A DNA stretch of 64,000 nucleotides from Fibrobacterota bacterium. Lineage in GTDB: Bacteria; Fibrobacterota; Fibrobacteria; UBA11236; JADFYW01. Shown in pieces: positions 1-8,838 of this stretch. Location: the NCBI GenBank assembly GCA_042567505.1, contig JBHPJW010000005.1:9964-73963 (forward strand), given 5' to 3'. The notes beneath the pieces were generated by a model. The model was given only the letters and a program-made list of their open reading frames with translations, was not told the DNA's origin and searched no databases. Each line of letters begins with the position of its first letter. Position 1 is the first letter of the stretch. A program made the translations under genes and the position numbers.

Positions 1-3000
1 TTCGTCAAACAGGCCATGGGCGACCTGTCCCAGGAAAAAATACGGCATTTCATGTTCCGGACATAATTCCATTGCCCGGGTGCTGTGGGAGAACACCTTT
101 TTGTCTTCTCCCTTTTTCCAGAACACCTTGCACAGGGCGATCATGAGATCGCAGGAATTGGGATTTTCCTTCAGGGCTTTGTTGACTATCTTCAGGGCCG
201 GTCCGGATTTGCCCGCTGCCAGCAGGACTTCAGCTTTTGAAATTACGGACCGTGGATCTTCCGGCGACAGGGCAAGGGCCTTGGCCGCCCAGATTCCGGC
301 CTCTTTCTGCCGTTTGTTTTTTAAGGCCGCCAGGGTCAGCTGGTTATAGACTTCCGCTGATGGAGCGAGCTTCACAGCTTTTTTCAGATGCATTTCCATG
401 TTCTTGAAATCTTTTTCAATCTCGAAGATTCGCGCAAGACCCAGATGTCCTTTGGCATTCCAATTCTTTTCCTCGCTTTCGCACAGGTACTCAAAAGCTT
501 TACCGGCGGATTTTAAATTTTTCAACTTTAATTCACAAAGCCCCATATAATACCTGGCTTCGGGATATTCAGTCCGGTATTTGATGGCGGCGCGGAATTC
601 TCCCCTGGCCAATTCGAATTTCATGCGCTTATAATAACACAGGCCGTTCAAAAAGCGGTGTTCCGGGTTCTTCATGTATTTTGAAATCCATTTTTTTACC
701 CTTTTCTGCACTTCGGTCACCTTGCCCTGGGCCAGCTCGGCCTTGGCAATAGCCACCTGAATCCCCGGTTCATCGGCAAAATCCGAGCTCTTCGCCAGCC
801 CCAGGGCCGCATCCGGATTGTTTGTTTCGGTGTACAAATCCACCAGCCTGGAAACTAACTCAGCTGAAGGCTGCTGCTTATAAATGGCCCTGTATACCTC
901 AATGGCGCTCCCTATCTTTTTCGTGCGGATCAGCGCATCGGCATAATCCATCCGAGCGTCAGGCGGCAGCTCTGAGCTCACGGGGGCGAAAACCCTGATG
1001 GCCTCCTTCAGATCATTATTGGCATAGTATAATTTTCCCAGGTCCGCTGAGTATTCCACGTTGCCCTCATCATACCGGAGGGCCATGATGAGATAATTCT
1101 GGGCCAGTATGAATTCCTTTTTCATAATGGATATCCGGGCGAGCAGCTGATACACCTGGTGCTCATCTTCTTTTTGTCCCACAATGCCGGTCAATGACTC
1201 CTCGGCGCCGTCAATGTCGCCTTCTTCCATCTGGATTTTCGCCAGGTTAATCAGTAAGCGGTTTCCCTTTGAACCCAGCTGGACGGCGTTTTTAAAGGCT
1301 GTTCGAGCTTGAGAGATTTCACCGATTTCCAGCAGCGATATACCGTATTCTTCCCAGACCTTTGGATCTTTCTTTTCCGATTTCACTATTTTGGTATACA
1401 GCACGACGGCCGCAGGATAATTTTTTTCCCCGTATTGCTCACGGGCGGTATTAAGAGTGGCTTTCCTGTTGGCATAATACTTTTTATAAGCCTCTACAGA
1501 TTTCCGGTATTTCCCGGAGTGCTGAAAAGCGCTGCCCAGGTAAAAGTTTATCTTCTGGTTGTAATCTCCAGCCCCTTCTAACAATTCAATTGCCTTTTTC
1601 CAGTTTTTTTCCCGATGGGCAATCAATCCCAGATAGTAGTCAACGGCAGGTGAGGGCTTGGTTTCGTTGATATGATTCAGGATTTCTTTCGCCGCTTTTA
1701 TCTTCTTCTGTTCAAAGAATAATGTCGCCAGACTCAAGGAACTTTTAGCGCTCTCGGGGTATTTTTTCATAAGCTTTTGCCCGTATTTCGCCGCGGTTTT
1801 TATATTTTTTGTCTGGATATATGCTATCAGCAGCAGGAAAGACATTTCCTCATCGAGTTCAGGTTTAACAGTCGTTTGCTCCAGAATCTCGACTACAGCT
1901 TTAAAATTATTTGATTCAGCCTCCAGCCGGGCCATGGGATAGACGTATTTTTTGTCATAGGGCACTTTTTCATAAATGGTCCTCAGCGTCTTTCGTGCCT
2001 GAGCTTTATTTTTCTGGGCCAGATGGATTCGATACAGGCCGTAAGATATGTCCTCATCGAATTTTTTCTTTGAAACACATTCCTGTAAAAATTTTTTAGC
2101 TCTGCCGTATTCACCAATGTTCACCAGCATGAGTCCCAAATCCTTTTTATACTTCCTTTCTGCTTTTGGCAGCTTCACTATCATTTCCAGAGCTCGCAGC
2201 ATGCTTCCCGAATCGCTCTGCTGCCTGGTCAATTCGTAAAGGGCGATCACGTTGTGCTTATTATCGGGATTCTGGGAAACCAGTTCCTTAAAGTTCTCTA
2301 TGGCTTTGTCACTCTTGTCCTGTGTTTTATATTCCTCTGCCAGCTGCTGCTTGTAATCCTTGTGCCCGGGGTCCAGTTCAACGATTCTTTCCAGCACAGC
2401 GAGAGATTTGTCCTTGTTCCCGGATTTACGATAAATCTCCAGGACGATTTCCAAACTTTCAAGGTTGTCAGGGTCATTTTTTAGTTTACGCTCATAGACC
2501 GGCAGTAATTGGTCATGCCTTCCGGCTTTTAACAGGGCCTCAAGTACCATTGACTCGCTTTCGATAAAGCTTGAATCCATTTTCAGAACCTTTTCCCATT
2601 CCTCAGCCGATGAGGCATATTCTTTATTCAGGAAAAACGATTTGGCCAGCTTGACCCGGTCCATCATGGAGGCGGATTTCCCGCATATCTGGCGGAACAG
2701 CTTCAGGTTGGCCTTTATTTCCTTGTTGCCGTTTAATTGTTCTCCATAGGCCTGGGCGTATTCATGCCTGCTCGGCTCAAGTTCGTAAGCCTTTTTATAT
2801 TCTTCCCGGCCGGTGCTCTTGAACTGGGGTTGAGAGCGGATCTTGCCGAGCTTATACCATAGTTCAGCGTTTTTTGGATGTGACTTAGCGGCCCTGGCCA
2901 GCAGTTTTTCCGCTTCCTGGAGATTTCCCTCCTCGTATCTCAGCAGGCCCAGCTTCAGATTATCAACTGAAGAGCCCCCCGGTTCCAACTCCACCAGCTT

Positions 3001-3678
3001 TTCCAGGGCCATGGCATGAGTCCGGCTTTCTTTTTTATTATTGGCCGTTAAAGCTTTCAGCAACTTGTATCCTTCCACTGACTGGGGATGGTGTTTCACC
3101 CAGGATTTAGCATGCTTGATAGCGGAGGCATTATCTCCCATGGCGCGGTCTAGCCTGGCCAGTTTCAGCCACCAGTTATTATTCTCAGGATCGACCTTGA
3201 CCAGATCACTTATGGCTTGATGCATTTTATTATTGCCGGCCTTTGTGTTCTCATAACACTTCAACTGGATTTCGCGTATCTCCTTATCCCTGGGTTTGTA
3301 ATGCAGATAATTATCCGCCAGCTTGATGGTCAGGGAGTAATTCTTCCGGGCAAAAAGTACGCGGATAGCATCCAGGTTTCCCTGAAGGGCCTTTATATCT
3401 TCCTTGGCGACCTGTGAATAAAGCTGCGCTGCCTGTCGCAGTTCATTGTTCAGAGAATGACCCCTGGCGCAGAGGATTTTTACCCGGGACCCCGCACCAG
3501 GTTGTCCGGCAAGGGTTTTCAGCTTGTTAAAGTGCTGCTTTATCTGAATATCGCCTTGAATCTCATCAATGGCGAATTTCTTTTTCCCCCGCCCCTGGGT
3601 TTGGCCCTGGGCATATACCGCCCAGCAGCTCAATATGAGAAGAAATAGTTTTAAGAAGCGTCTTTCTGGAATCTGCAT
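1..3678 (-). CDS. Very large secreted TPR-repeat protein (partial, continues past the left edge; >1226 aa)
   Basis: Read manually, absent from the ORF track because it has no stop in the window. ATG at 3678 gives MQIPERRFLKLFLLILSCWAVYAQ (signal peptide), then many TPR-like helices (e.g. AELWYKLGKI, YYLGLIAH..NWKKAIELL, PEARYYMGLC). Frame spot-checked, not checked at every codon. Confidence 0.85.
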   Translation of the reverse strand, partial: MQIPERRFLKLFLLILSCWAVYAQGQTQGRGKKKFAIDEIQGDIQIKQHFNKLKTLAGQPGAGSRVKILCARGHSLNNELRQAAQLYSQVAKEDIKALQGNLDAIRVLFARKNYSLTIKLADNYLHYKPRDKEIREIQLKCYENTKAGNNKMHQAISDLVKVDPENNNWWLKLARLDRAMGDNASAIKHAKSWVKHHPQSVEGYKLLKALTANNKKESRTHAMALEKLVELEPGGSSVDNLKLGLLRYEEGNLQEAEKLLARAAKSHPKNAELWYKLGKIRSQPQFKSTGREEYKKAYELEPSRHEYAQAYGEQLNGNKEIKANLKLFRQICGKSASMMDRVKLAKSFFLNKEYASSAEEWEKVLKMDSSFIESESMVLEALLKAGRHDQLLPVYERKLKNDPDNLESLEIVLEIYRKSGNKDKSLAVLERIVELDPGHKDYKQQLAEEYKTQDKSDKAIENFKELVSQNPDNKHNVIALYELTRQQSDSGSMLRALEMIVKLPKAERKYKKDLGLMLVNIGEYGRAKKFLQECVSKKKFDEDISYGLYRIHLAQKNKAQARKTLRTIYEKVPYDKKYVYPMARLEAESNNFKAVVEILEQTTVKPELDEEMSFLLLIAYIQTKNIKTAAKYGQKLMKKYPESAKSSLSLATLFFEQKKIKAAKEILNHINETKPSPAVDYYLGLIAHREKNWKKAIELLEGAGDYNQKINFYLGSAFQHSGKYRKSVEAYKKYYANRKATLNTAREQYGEKNYPAAVVLYTKIVKSEKKDPKVWEEYGISLLEIGEISQARTAFKNAVQLGSKGNRLLINLAKIQMEEGDIDGAEESLTGIVGQKEDEHQVYQLLARISIMKKEFILAQNYLIMALRYDEGNVEYSADLGKLYYANNDLKEAIRVFAPVSSELPPDARMDYADALIRTKKIGSAIEVYRAIYKQQPSAELVSRLVDLYTETNNPDAALGLAKSSDFADEPGIQVAIAKAELAQGKVTEVQKRVKKWISKYMKNPEHRFLNGLCYYKRMKFELARGEFRAAIKYRTEYPEARYYMGLCELKLKNLKSAGKAFEYLCESEEKNWNAKGHLGLARIFEIEKDFKNMEMHLKKAVKLAPSAEVYNQLTLAALKNKRQKEAGIWAAKALALSPEDPRSVISKAEVLLAAGKSGPALKIVNKALKENPNSCDLMIALCKVFWKKGEDKKVFSHSTRAMELCPEHEMPYFFLGQVAHGLFDE

Positions 3679-3807
3679 AAAAAAGCTCCCGGCATTCTTG
3701 TTCTTTTTGTTAGAGGTGAATGTACCATTAGTGTCCGGGTAAAAAAAACGGGATATACATGATTTCTTCAGTCCATTCCATCCTGTCCATCCCGTCTTTT
3801 TTATCCG

Positions 3808-4779
3808 TCACTCTTCTTCCATCTCATACTTCTTAACCAGTTTTTTCAGGTGTGATTCAAATTCCGGGGAGCGGTCATCAAGCTGTCTCTCCAGCAGGTA
3901 ATCCACATCCATGCCGAATCGGTTTTTGGTTTCCGCAAGCTCTGTAACAAAATCAAGGGCCAGGTCGTCTCCTTCTATGCGCTGCAGGTTATACGATCTA
4001 ATTACCAGGTCGCCTTCTTCCGATTCATCGATGTCTTCCTGTTCGTCCAGGAAAAACAGGTTATAGTCATCCATCATTCTTTTTAACTCAGCCTCAAGGG
4101 ATCCGGTTTCTGCATCCAGTTCCCTGGCAATGGTGTAGGAGACATCAAATGAAAATTTTTCCCTTAAAGACTGCAGGTCGCTGGTCAGTTGGCTGGAGAA
4201 ACTTACGGATTCGTCCGGCCATAAAAAATAGCACTGGGAGTCCGCACCTTTTTCCACCATTTCAATATCTCCGGCCTGGTAATTCTCAATGTCAAAGTCC
4301 TCATCTGCCACCTGGAATTTCTCCCTGATCCATGCCAGTTTATCCTCCATTTGCCCTGTAAGGCTATCTACTTCTCTGAATATATGGAAACTCACCCCAA
4401 AACCGGATTTCTTCCAAAGTACGGAAAGATCGCTCGCAAAAGTAAAAGGAAGGAAATCTCCTTCTTTGGGATCTATGTCGTAATGACGCAATTCCCGGCC
4501 TTCTTCTGTTATTTCATCATTGATATCGATTTTTTCCAGCTGATATTTCTTTTCCAGAGCCATGAGCTCTTTTTCGAAGGTAACGGCATCCCCATCCTTT
4601 TCCCTGGTCAGAACATAAGAAAGCCCAAAACTGAATTTCCGGTAAAGCCCGTCCAGATCCTCAATTAATTCAGGGGCCAGGCCATTTTCATTTTCCAGGT
4701 AGAACCAGTATTCCCGGATAATCTGGCATTCTTCACCTGTTTTTATGGAGATCATAGATTCCGGTTTTTTTTTACTCAT
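3808..4779 (-). CDS. Acidic hypothetical protein built of four ~70-80 aa internal repeats
   Basis: 323-aa ORF, very D/E-rich. Motif DL..L..KF.F.VSY...RE.D....E..L..(KY) recurs four times. Confidence 0.8.
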   Translation of the reverse strand: MSKKKPESMISIKTGEECQIIREYWFYLENENGLAPELIEDLDGLYRKFSFGLSYVLTREKDGDAVTFEKELMALEKKYQLEKIDINDEITEEGRELRHYDIDPKEGDFLPFTFASDLSVLWKKSGFGVSFHIFREVDSLTGQMEDKLAWIREKFQVADEDFDIENYQAGDIEMVEKGADSQCYFLWPDESVSFSSQLTSDLQSLREKFSFDVSYTIARELDAETGSLEAELKRMMDDYNLFFLDEQEDIDESEEGDLVIRSYNLQRIEGDDLALDFVTELAETKNRFGMDVDYLLERQLDDRSPEFESHLKKLVKKYEMEEE

Positions 4780-4947
4780 TGCATACCCATTGTGGTGCTG
4801 TTCCTCACCCGGTTAAAAATATCTTACTTCGGTTCATTTTTCATAGGAAATCACGGAAATAAGAGTTCGTTTGATGTGCCTGTTCATTGTGTCCCTGTAA
4901 AGAGTTTGAAATACAGGCGGCATTCCTTGAATAGCGATATCAAGTTG

Positions 4948-4979
4948 ATTTTGTAACACCAATTATTATAATTAGTTAC
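4948..4979. promoter_or_regulatory. Quasi-palindromic site GTAAC-N17-GTTAC (copy 1 of a direct repeat)
   Basis: ATTTTGTAACACCaattattataattAGTTAC; the first 13 bp are identical to 5591-5603. Confidence 0.45.
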
Positions 4980-5040
4980 GGATTTCATCCAATATCTGAT
5001 TGTCAAGCCGCCTGGAAACAGGGGTGAAAGGAATAGGCAG

Positions 5041-5430
5041 ATGGCAGGAAGAATGAAAGCCGTGAAGAACGGTGAGGAACTGCAGAGGGTGGTGGTTGAT
5101 CTGGCAGAGGATCTCGGATTAAAAGCTGAGATAGAGGTGAAAGTAGGTCGAAGAATTTGGGGTGCGAAAAGAAGAATAGATGTGGTGCTGACCGATACCA
5201 GGACCGGCATGAAGCTGGGGATTGAATGCAAATACCAGGGGGCCTCAGGGACAGCCGAGGAAAAAATACCATCCACAATCCAGGACATAAAGGCCTGGCC
5301 CATCAAGGGAATAGTAGTCATAGCCGGACCGGGATTCTCCGACAATATGCGAGGCTTCTTAATATCCACGGGAATCGTGGTTGACTTTGAGGACTTGAAA
5401 GACTGGCTCAGGTTGTATTTTTCGCTTTAG
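5041..5430 (+). CDS. Small stand-alone PD-(D/E)XK (restriction endonuclease-like) nuclease
   Basis: 129 aa with G.ELQ, RRIDVVL and GIECKYQ catalytic-type motifs. No methyltransferase nearby. Confidence 0.8.
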   Translation: MAGRMKAVKNGEELQRVVVDLAEDLGLKAEIEVKVGRRIWGAKRRIDVVLTDTRTGMKLGIECKYQGASGTAEEKIPSTIQDIKAWPIKGIVVIAGPGFSDNMRGFLISTGIVVDFEDLKDWLRLYFSL

Positions 5431-5439
5431 CAGAGAAAT

Positions 5440-5571
5440 GCCCGGGTAGGGGCTCCGGGCTATCACAGGAAGCGGTAAAAAGTACCTGGTCCAGGTACCG
5501 TCATTGCGGACTCGCCGTCAGGGACCACTGTAGTTGGGTCTCTCCTACATCCGAGATGTGATGGCCCCACC
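5440..5571. ncRNA. Candidate structured non-coding RNA, family unknown
   Basis: GC-rich island in an AT-rich spacer. Pairings: 5457-5467/5557-5567, 5445-5453/5564-5571, hairpins 5440-5460 and 5482-5498, possible pseudoknot 5521-5549. Confidence 0.4.
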
Positions 5572-5590
5572 TTAAATATATTTTAATATA

Positions 5591-5622
5591 ATTTTGTAAC
5601 ACCTTTGTTTATAAAAAGTTGC
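5591..5622. promoter_or_regulatory. Quasi-palindromic site GTAAC-N17-GTTGC (copy 2)
   Basis: ATTTTGTAACACCtttgtttataaaaAGTTGC; 25 of 32 positions identical to 4948-4979. Confidence 0.45.
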
Positions 5623-5928
5623 AAAATACACGCTCGGTCGGGAATGAGGCTCAATTGACAGCAGGTAGAGCCTGAAAAAAAATAAAACAAATTGTTGTCC
5701 CTTATAAAAAATTAATAGTAAACTAACTAGAGACCCGGTCAAAGAATAATTTGCTTCCCGGGTAATTCCGCTATCTCATATAACTCAGATACAATCGGGG
5801 ATTGAGTATCAGCCTTTCAAGATTCATACCGTTCGCTGTACCAGTGATATGAAAAAATGACTGGTATCCTTGCTTTGAAGGATACAGGATTGGGGTTTGA
5901 TATACCTTTTGGGGAATAAGGGGGTAAG

Positions 5929-8745
5929 ATGAAAACTATTATCATGACCGCCGCTGTGGCTGCCGCGGCATTTTTTTGGTCGGGCTGTCTGGTGCAAACC
6001 GGCTTAAGCGATCCGCCTGAGCAAAAGAGTGAAAAGGAAATGGTCTCGTTTTCCTTTCGGGCAGCCGCCAATGAGGCCATCGGTTATACCGCCTCGGCGG
6101 AAATTTCCGGCAACTCCATTACCGTAACAGTGCCATCCGGAACTGATGTAACCAGCCTGGCCCCCCTGTTTTCTTTCCGGGGCGCGGCTGTGGAAGTAGA
6201 GGGCCTGGCACAGGAAAGCGGAATTACCTTCAATGATTTCACAGACCCGGTAGTCTATACGGTGTTTGCCGAAGACGGCAGCAGTATGGAGTATACCGTG
6301 ACGGTAATCGTTGCCTCCGCAGACCCGGACACTTCCAGGGAAATGACTGAGTTTTCCTTTTACGCGGCGAATAATGCAGGTCTTTCTGAGGACGCGGCAG
6401 GGATCATTACCGGAGCCGGTATATCGGCCGTGCTTCCGGCCGGAACGGATCTCACCGCCCTCACAGCCACTTTCGATATCACCGGGGAAAGGACAGACGT
6501 TGACGGCGTGGTGCAGGAAAGCGGCGTCACGGAAAATGACTTCTCATATCCGCTGATCTACTCGGTGATAGCGGAGGATGGAAATTCAAGGGAGTATACG
6601 GTAACCATTTTAGTGGCTCCGGAAAGCCTGGACACCTCAAAATCCATAATCGTTTTTGGTTTTGAAGCAGATAAAAATTCAAAACTGTCCGAAGAGATCA
6701 TGGGGGTATTGGAGGGAACAGAGATACGAGCTTTGCTGCCCTCCGACGCGGACCTGAGCGGGTTGACCGCCACCTTTAATATCACCGGCGGTACAGTTAA
6801 GGTAGGCGATGTGATTCAGGAGAGCGGAGTCACGGAAAACGACTTCACCAATTCTGTAATCTATACGGTGACTGCCGAAGACGGCAGCAGCGTGGAATAT
6901 ACCGTAATCATTACCTTGGAGTCTGAACAAGTGGACAATTCCAGGGAAGTAACAACGTTTTCTTTTTCCGCGGCTGATAACGAGGGTCTTTCTGAGGACG
7001 TGGCAGGGATCATCAATGGAACCGGTATATCGGCCGTGCTTCCGGCCGGGACTGATCTCACCACTCTCATAGCCACTTTTACTATCACCGGGGAAAGGGC
7101 AGAGGCAGATGGCGTGGTGCAGGAAAGCGGGATCTCCGCCAATGATTTCACCAATCCGGTTGTCTATACGGTATTTGCCGAAGACGGCAGCAGCGAAGAA
7201 TATACAGTGGCCACTTCTTTGGCCTCTGCCGACATGGATACCACTAAAGAAATTATTGCTTTTTCTTTTTCCGCAGCTGATAATCCAGGTCTTCCCGTTG
7301 ACCTGGCAGCGGATATTTCCGGTGCCTCGATATCGGCCGTACTTCCGGCCGAAGCGGACCCTGCCGGTCTCATTGCTGATTTTGAGTTTGCCGGTGAAAG
7401 GGTAGAAGTCGGCGGCTCAATCCAGGAGAGCGGAGCGAGCGTCAATGATTTTTCAGTCCCGGTCATCTATCTGGTTTTTGCCCAGGATGGAGCTGCTCGT
7501 GAATACACCGTGACTGTTGCCAGGGAAAGCCGGGACACCCTGAAAGCCATCATTGCCTTCGGATTTGAGGCGGAGAGGAACGCTTCATTATCCGTAGATG
7601 TCCTGGGAGAAATAAGTGGAAGTGATATAAATGTAGTCCTGCCTTATGGCTCAGGATTGAACGATTTGACCGCTACCTTTAATATCACCGGAGGAACGGT
7701 TAAAACAGGTGATGAGATTCAGGAGAGCGGTATTTCCCAAAACGACTTCTCAAGTCCGGTCATCTACACCGTAACTGCTGAAGACGGAAGCAGCCGTGAA
7801 TATGCCGTTATCGTTACCGTGGCTCCCGACACAGTAGTACCGGATACTTCTAAAGCCATAACCGGCTTTTCTTTCACCACGGCTGGGAATTCCCAGCTAG
7901 TGTCGGATATAACAGGAACCATCAGTGGAACCAGCATACAGTCCACGGTCCCGTTTGGCACGGACATCAGCATGCTGGTGGCCGACTTTTCCACTAGCGG
8001 AATTTATGTCATGGCGGGTAGTACTGTACAGGAAAGTGGGGTAACGGCAAATGATTTCACGGATGTTGTGATATACTCAGTGGAAGCCGAAGACGGCTCA
8101 ACCAGGGACTACCAGGTGACCGTAAGTGCTACGCCGGACACCTCCAGGCAACTGACGGCGTTTTCTTTTTCCGCAGCTGACAATGTCCAGTTGCAGGCGG
8201 ATGCGGCCGGAGATATCAATGGCACATCGGTAACGGCCACAGTGCCTACCGGTACGGACGTGACCTCCCTGGTGGCCGCCTTTTCAACCACGGGACGAGC
8301 GGTCCTGATAGACGGTTCAGCTCAGACCAGTGGAGTGACAGCCAATGATTTCAGCGGAACGGTTACCTACACGGTGGAAGCCGAAGATGGCTCAACCAGG
8401 GACTACCGGGTGACGGTGACCGTGGAGCCGGGCGATTTTGAAATAACCGGGACCTGGTCGTCATCAAGTCCCGTTTATACCATGATTATAACCGGCGGCA
8501 CCCTGACCTTGGAGCGGGTCGCGGACACGGCCTACGCTCAAATCACCTCGATGTCTGAGGCGGACACCAGGTGTTTGCTGAACTGGACAGTTAATCCTGA
8601 TGCCAACCAGCCATTCCAGAAAATGCAATGGCTGGTTCTGGGGCCCGACACAATGGTGGTCAGATGGTATGAATACAAGCCCCAGCCCAGCGCGGCAGAG
8701 AGCAATGAGAACGTTATTGCCACTCAAACGGTAACCAGGCAATAG
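5929..8745 (+). CDS. Surface lipoprotein with eight ~100-aa beta-sandwich repeats (DUF5018/cadherin-like)
   Basis: Lipobox FWSG-C. Eight repeats running from TS(K/R)..(T/A)FSF to QESG...NDF..PV.YTV.AEDGS..EYTVTV. Confidence 0.85.
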   Translation: MKTIIMTAAVAAAAFFWSGCLVQTGLSDPPEQKSEKEMVSFSFRAAANEAIGYTASAEISGNSITVTVPSGTDVTSLAPLFSFRGAAVEVEGLAQESGITFNDFTDPVVYTVFAEDGSSMEYTVTVIVASADPDTSREMTEFSFYAANNAGLSEDAAGIITGAGISAVLPAGTDLTALTATFDITGERTDVDGVVQESGVTENDFSYPLIYSVIAEDGNSREYTVTILVAPESLDTSKSIIVFGFEADKNSKLSEEIMGVLEGTEIRALLPSDADLSGLTATFNITGGTVKVGDVIQESGVTENDFTNSVIYTVTAEDGSSVEYTVIITLESEQVDNSREVTTFSFSAADNEGLSEDVAGIINGTGISAVLPAGTDLTTLIATFTITGERAEADGVVQESGISANDFTNPVVYTVFAEDGSSEEYTVATSLASADMDTTKEIIAFSFSAADNPGLPVDLAADISGASISAVLPAEADPAGLIADFEFAGERVEVGGSIQESGASVNDFSVPVIYLVFAQDGAAREYTVTVARESRDTLKAIIAFGFEAERNASLSVDVLGEISGSDINVVLPYGSGLNDLTATFNITGGTVKTGDEIQESGISQNDFSSPVIYTVTAEDGSSREYAVIVTVAPDTVVPDTSKAITGFSFTTAGNSQLVSDITGTISGTSIQSTVPFGTDISMLVADFSTSGIYVMAGSTVQESGVTANDFTDVVIYSVEAEDGSTRDYQVTVSATPDTSRQLTAFSFSAADNVQLQADAAGDINGTSVTATVPTGTDVTSLVAAFSTTGRAVLIDGSAQTSGVTANDFSGTVTYTVEAEDGSTRDYRVTVTVEPGDFEITGTWSSSSPVYTMIITGGTLTLERVADTAYAQITSMSEADTRCLLNWTVNPDANQPFQKMQWLVLGPDTMVVRWYEYKPQPSAAESNENVIATQTVTRQ

Positions 8746-8791
8746 CGACCCCGATAAAATTCCAGTTCCCCCCCATCTCCTCCCCAAAAAA

Positions 8792-8818
8792 GAAAGCGCT
8801 GCCTTTGGCAACGCTTTC
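8792..8818. terminator. Hairpin between convergent genes
   Basis: GAAAGCGcTGCC-ttt-GGCAaCGCTTTC with an adjacent A-tract. Confidence 0.55.
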
Positions 8819-8838
8819 GTCATTGGAATCGGTTTATC

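Noticed and set aside
80-3648. Short plus-strand ORFs in the ORF track
   Set aside because: Antisense shadows of the long minus-strand TPR gene.
4884-5369. 161-aa minus-strand ORF
   Set aside because: Antisense to the nuclease gene, which has clear motifs; no recognisable features of its own.
5440-5571. SRP RNA, tmRNA, glycine riboswitch or RiPP precursor interpretation
   Set aside because: The SRP-like pieces (GTCAGG, GGAAGC) are in the wrong order, there is no T-loop/CCA, the glycine aptamer core is incomplete, and no RiPP enzymes are nearby.
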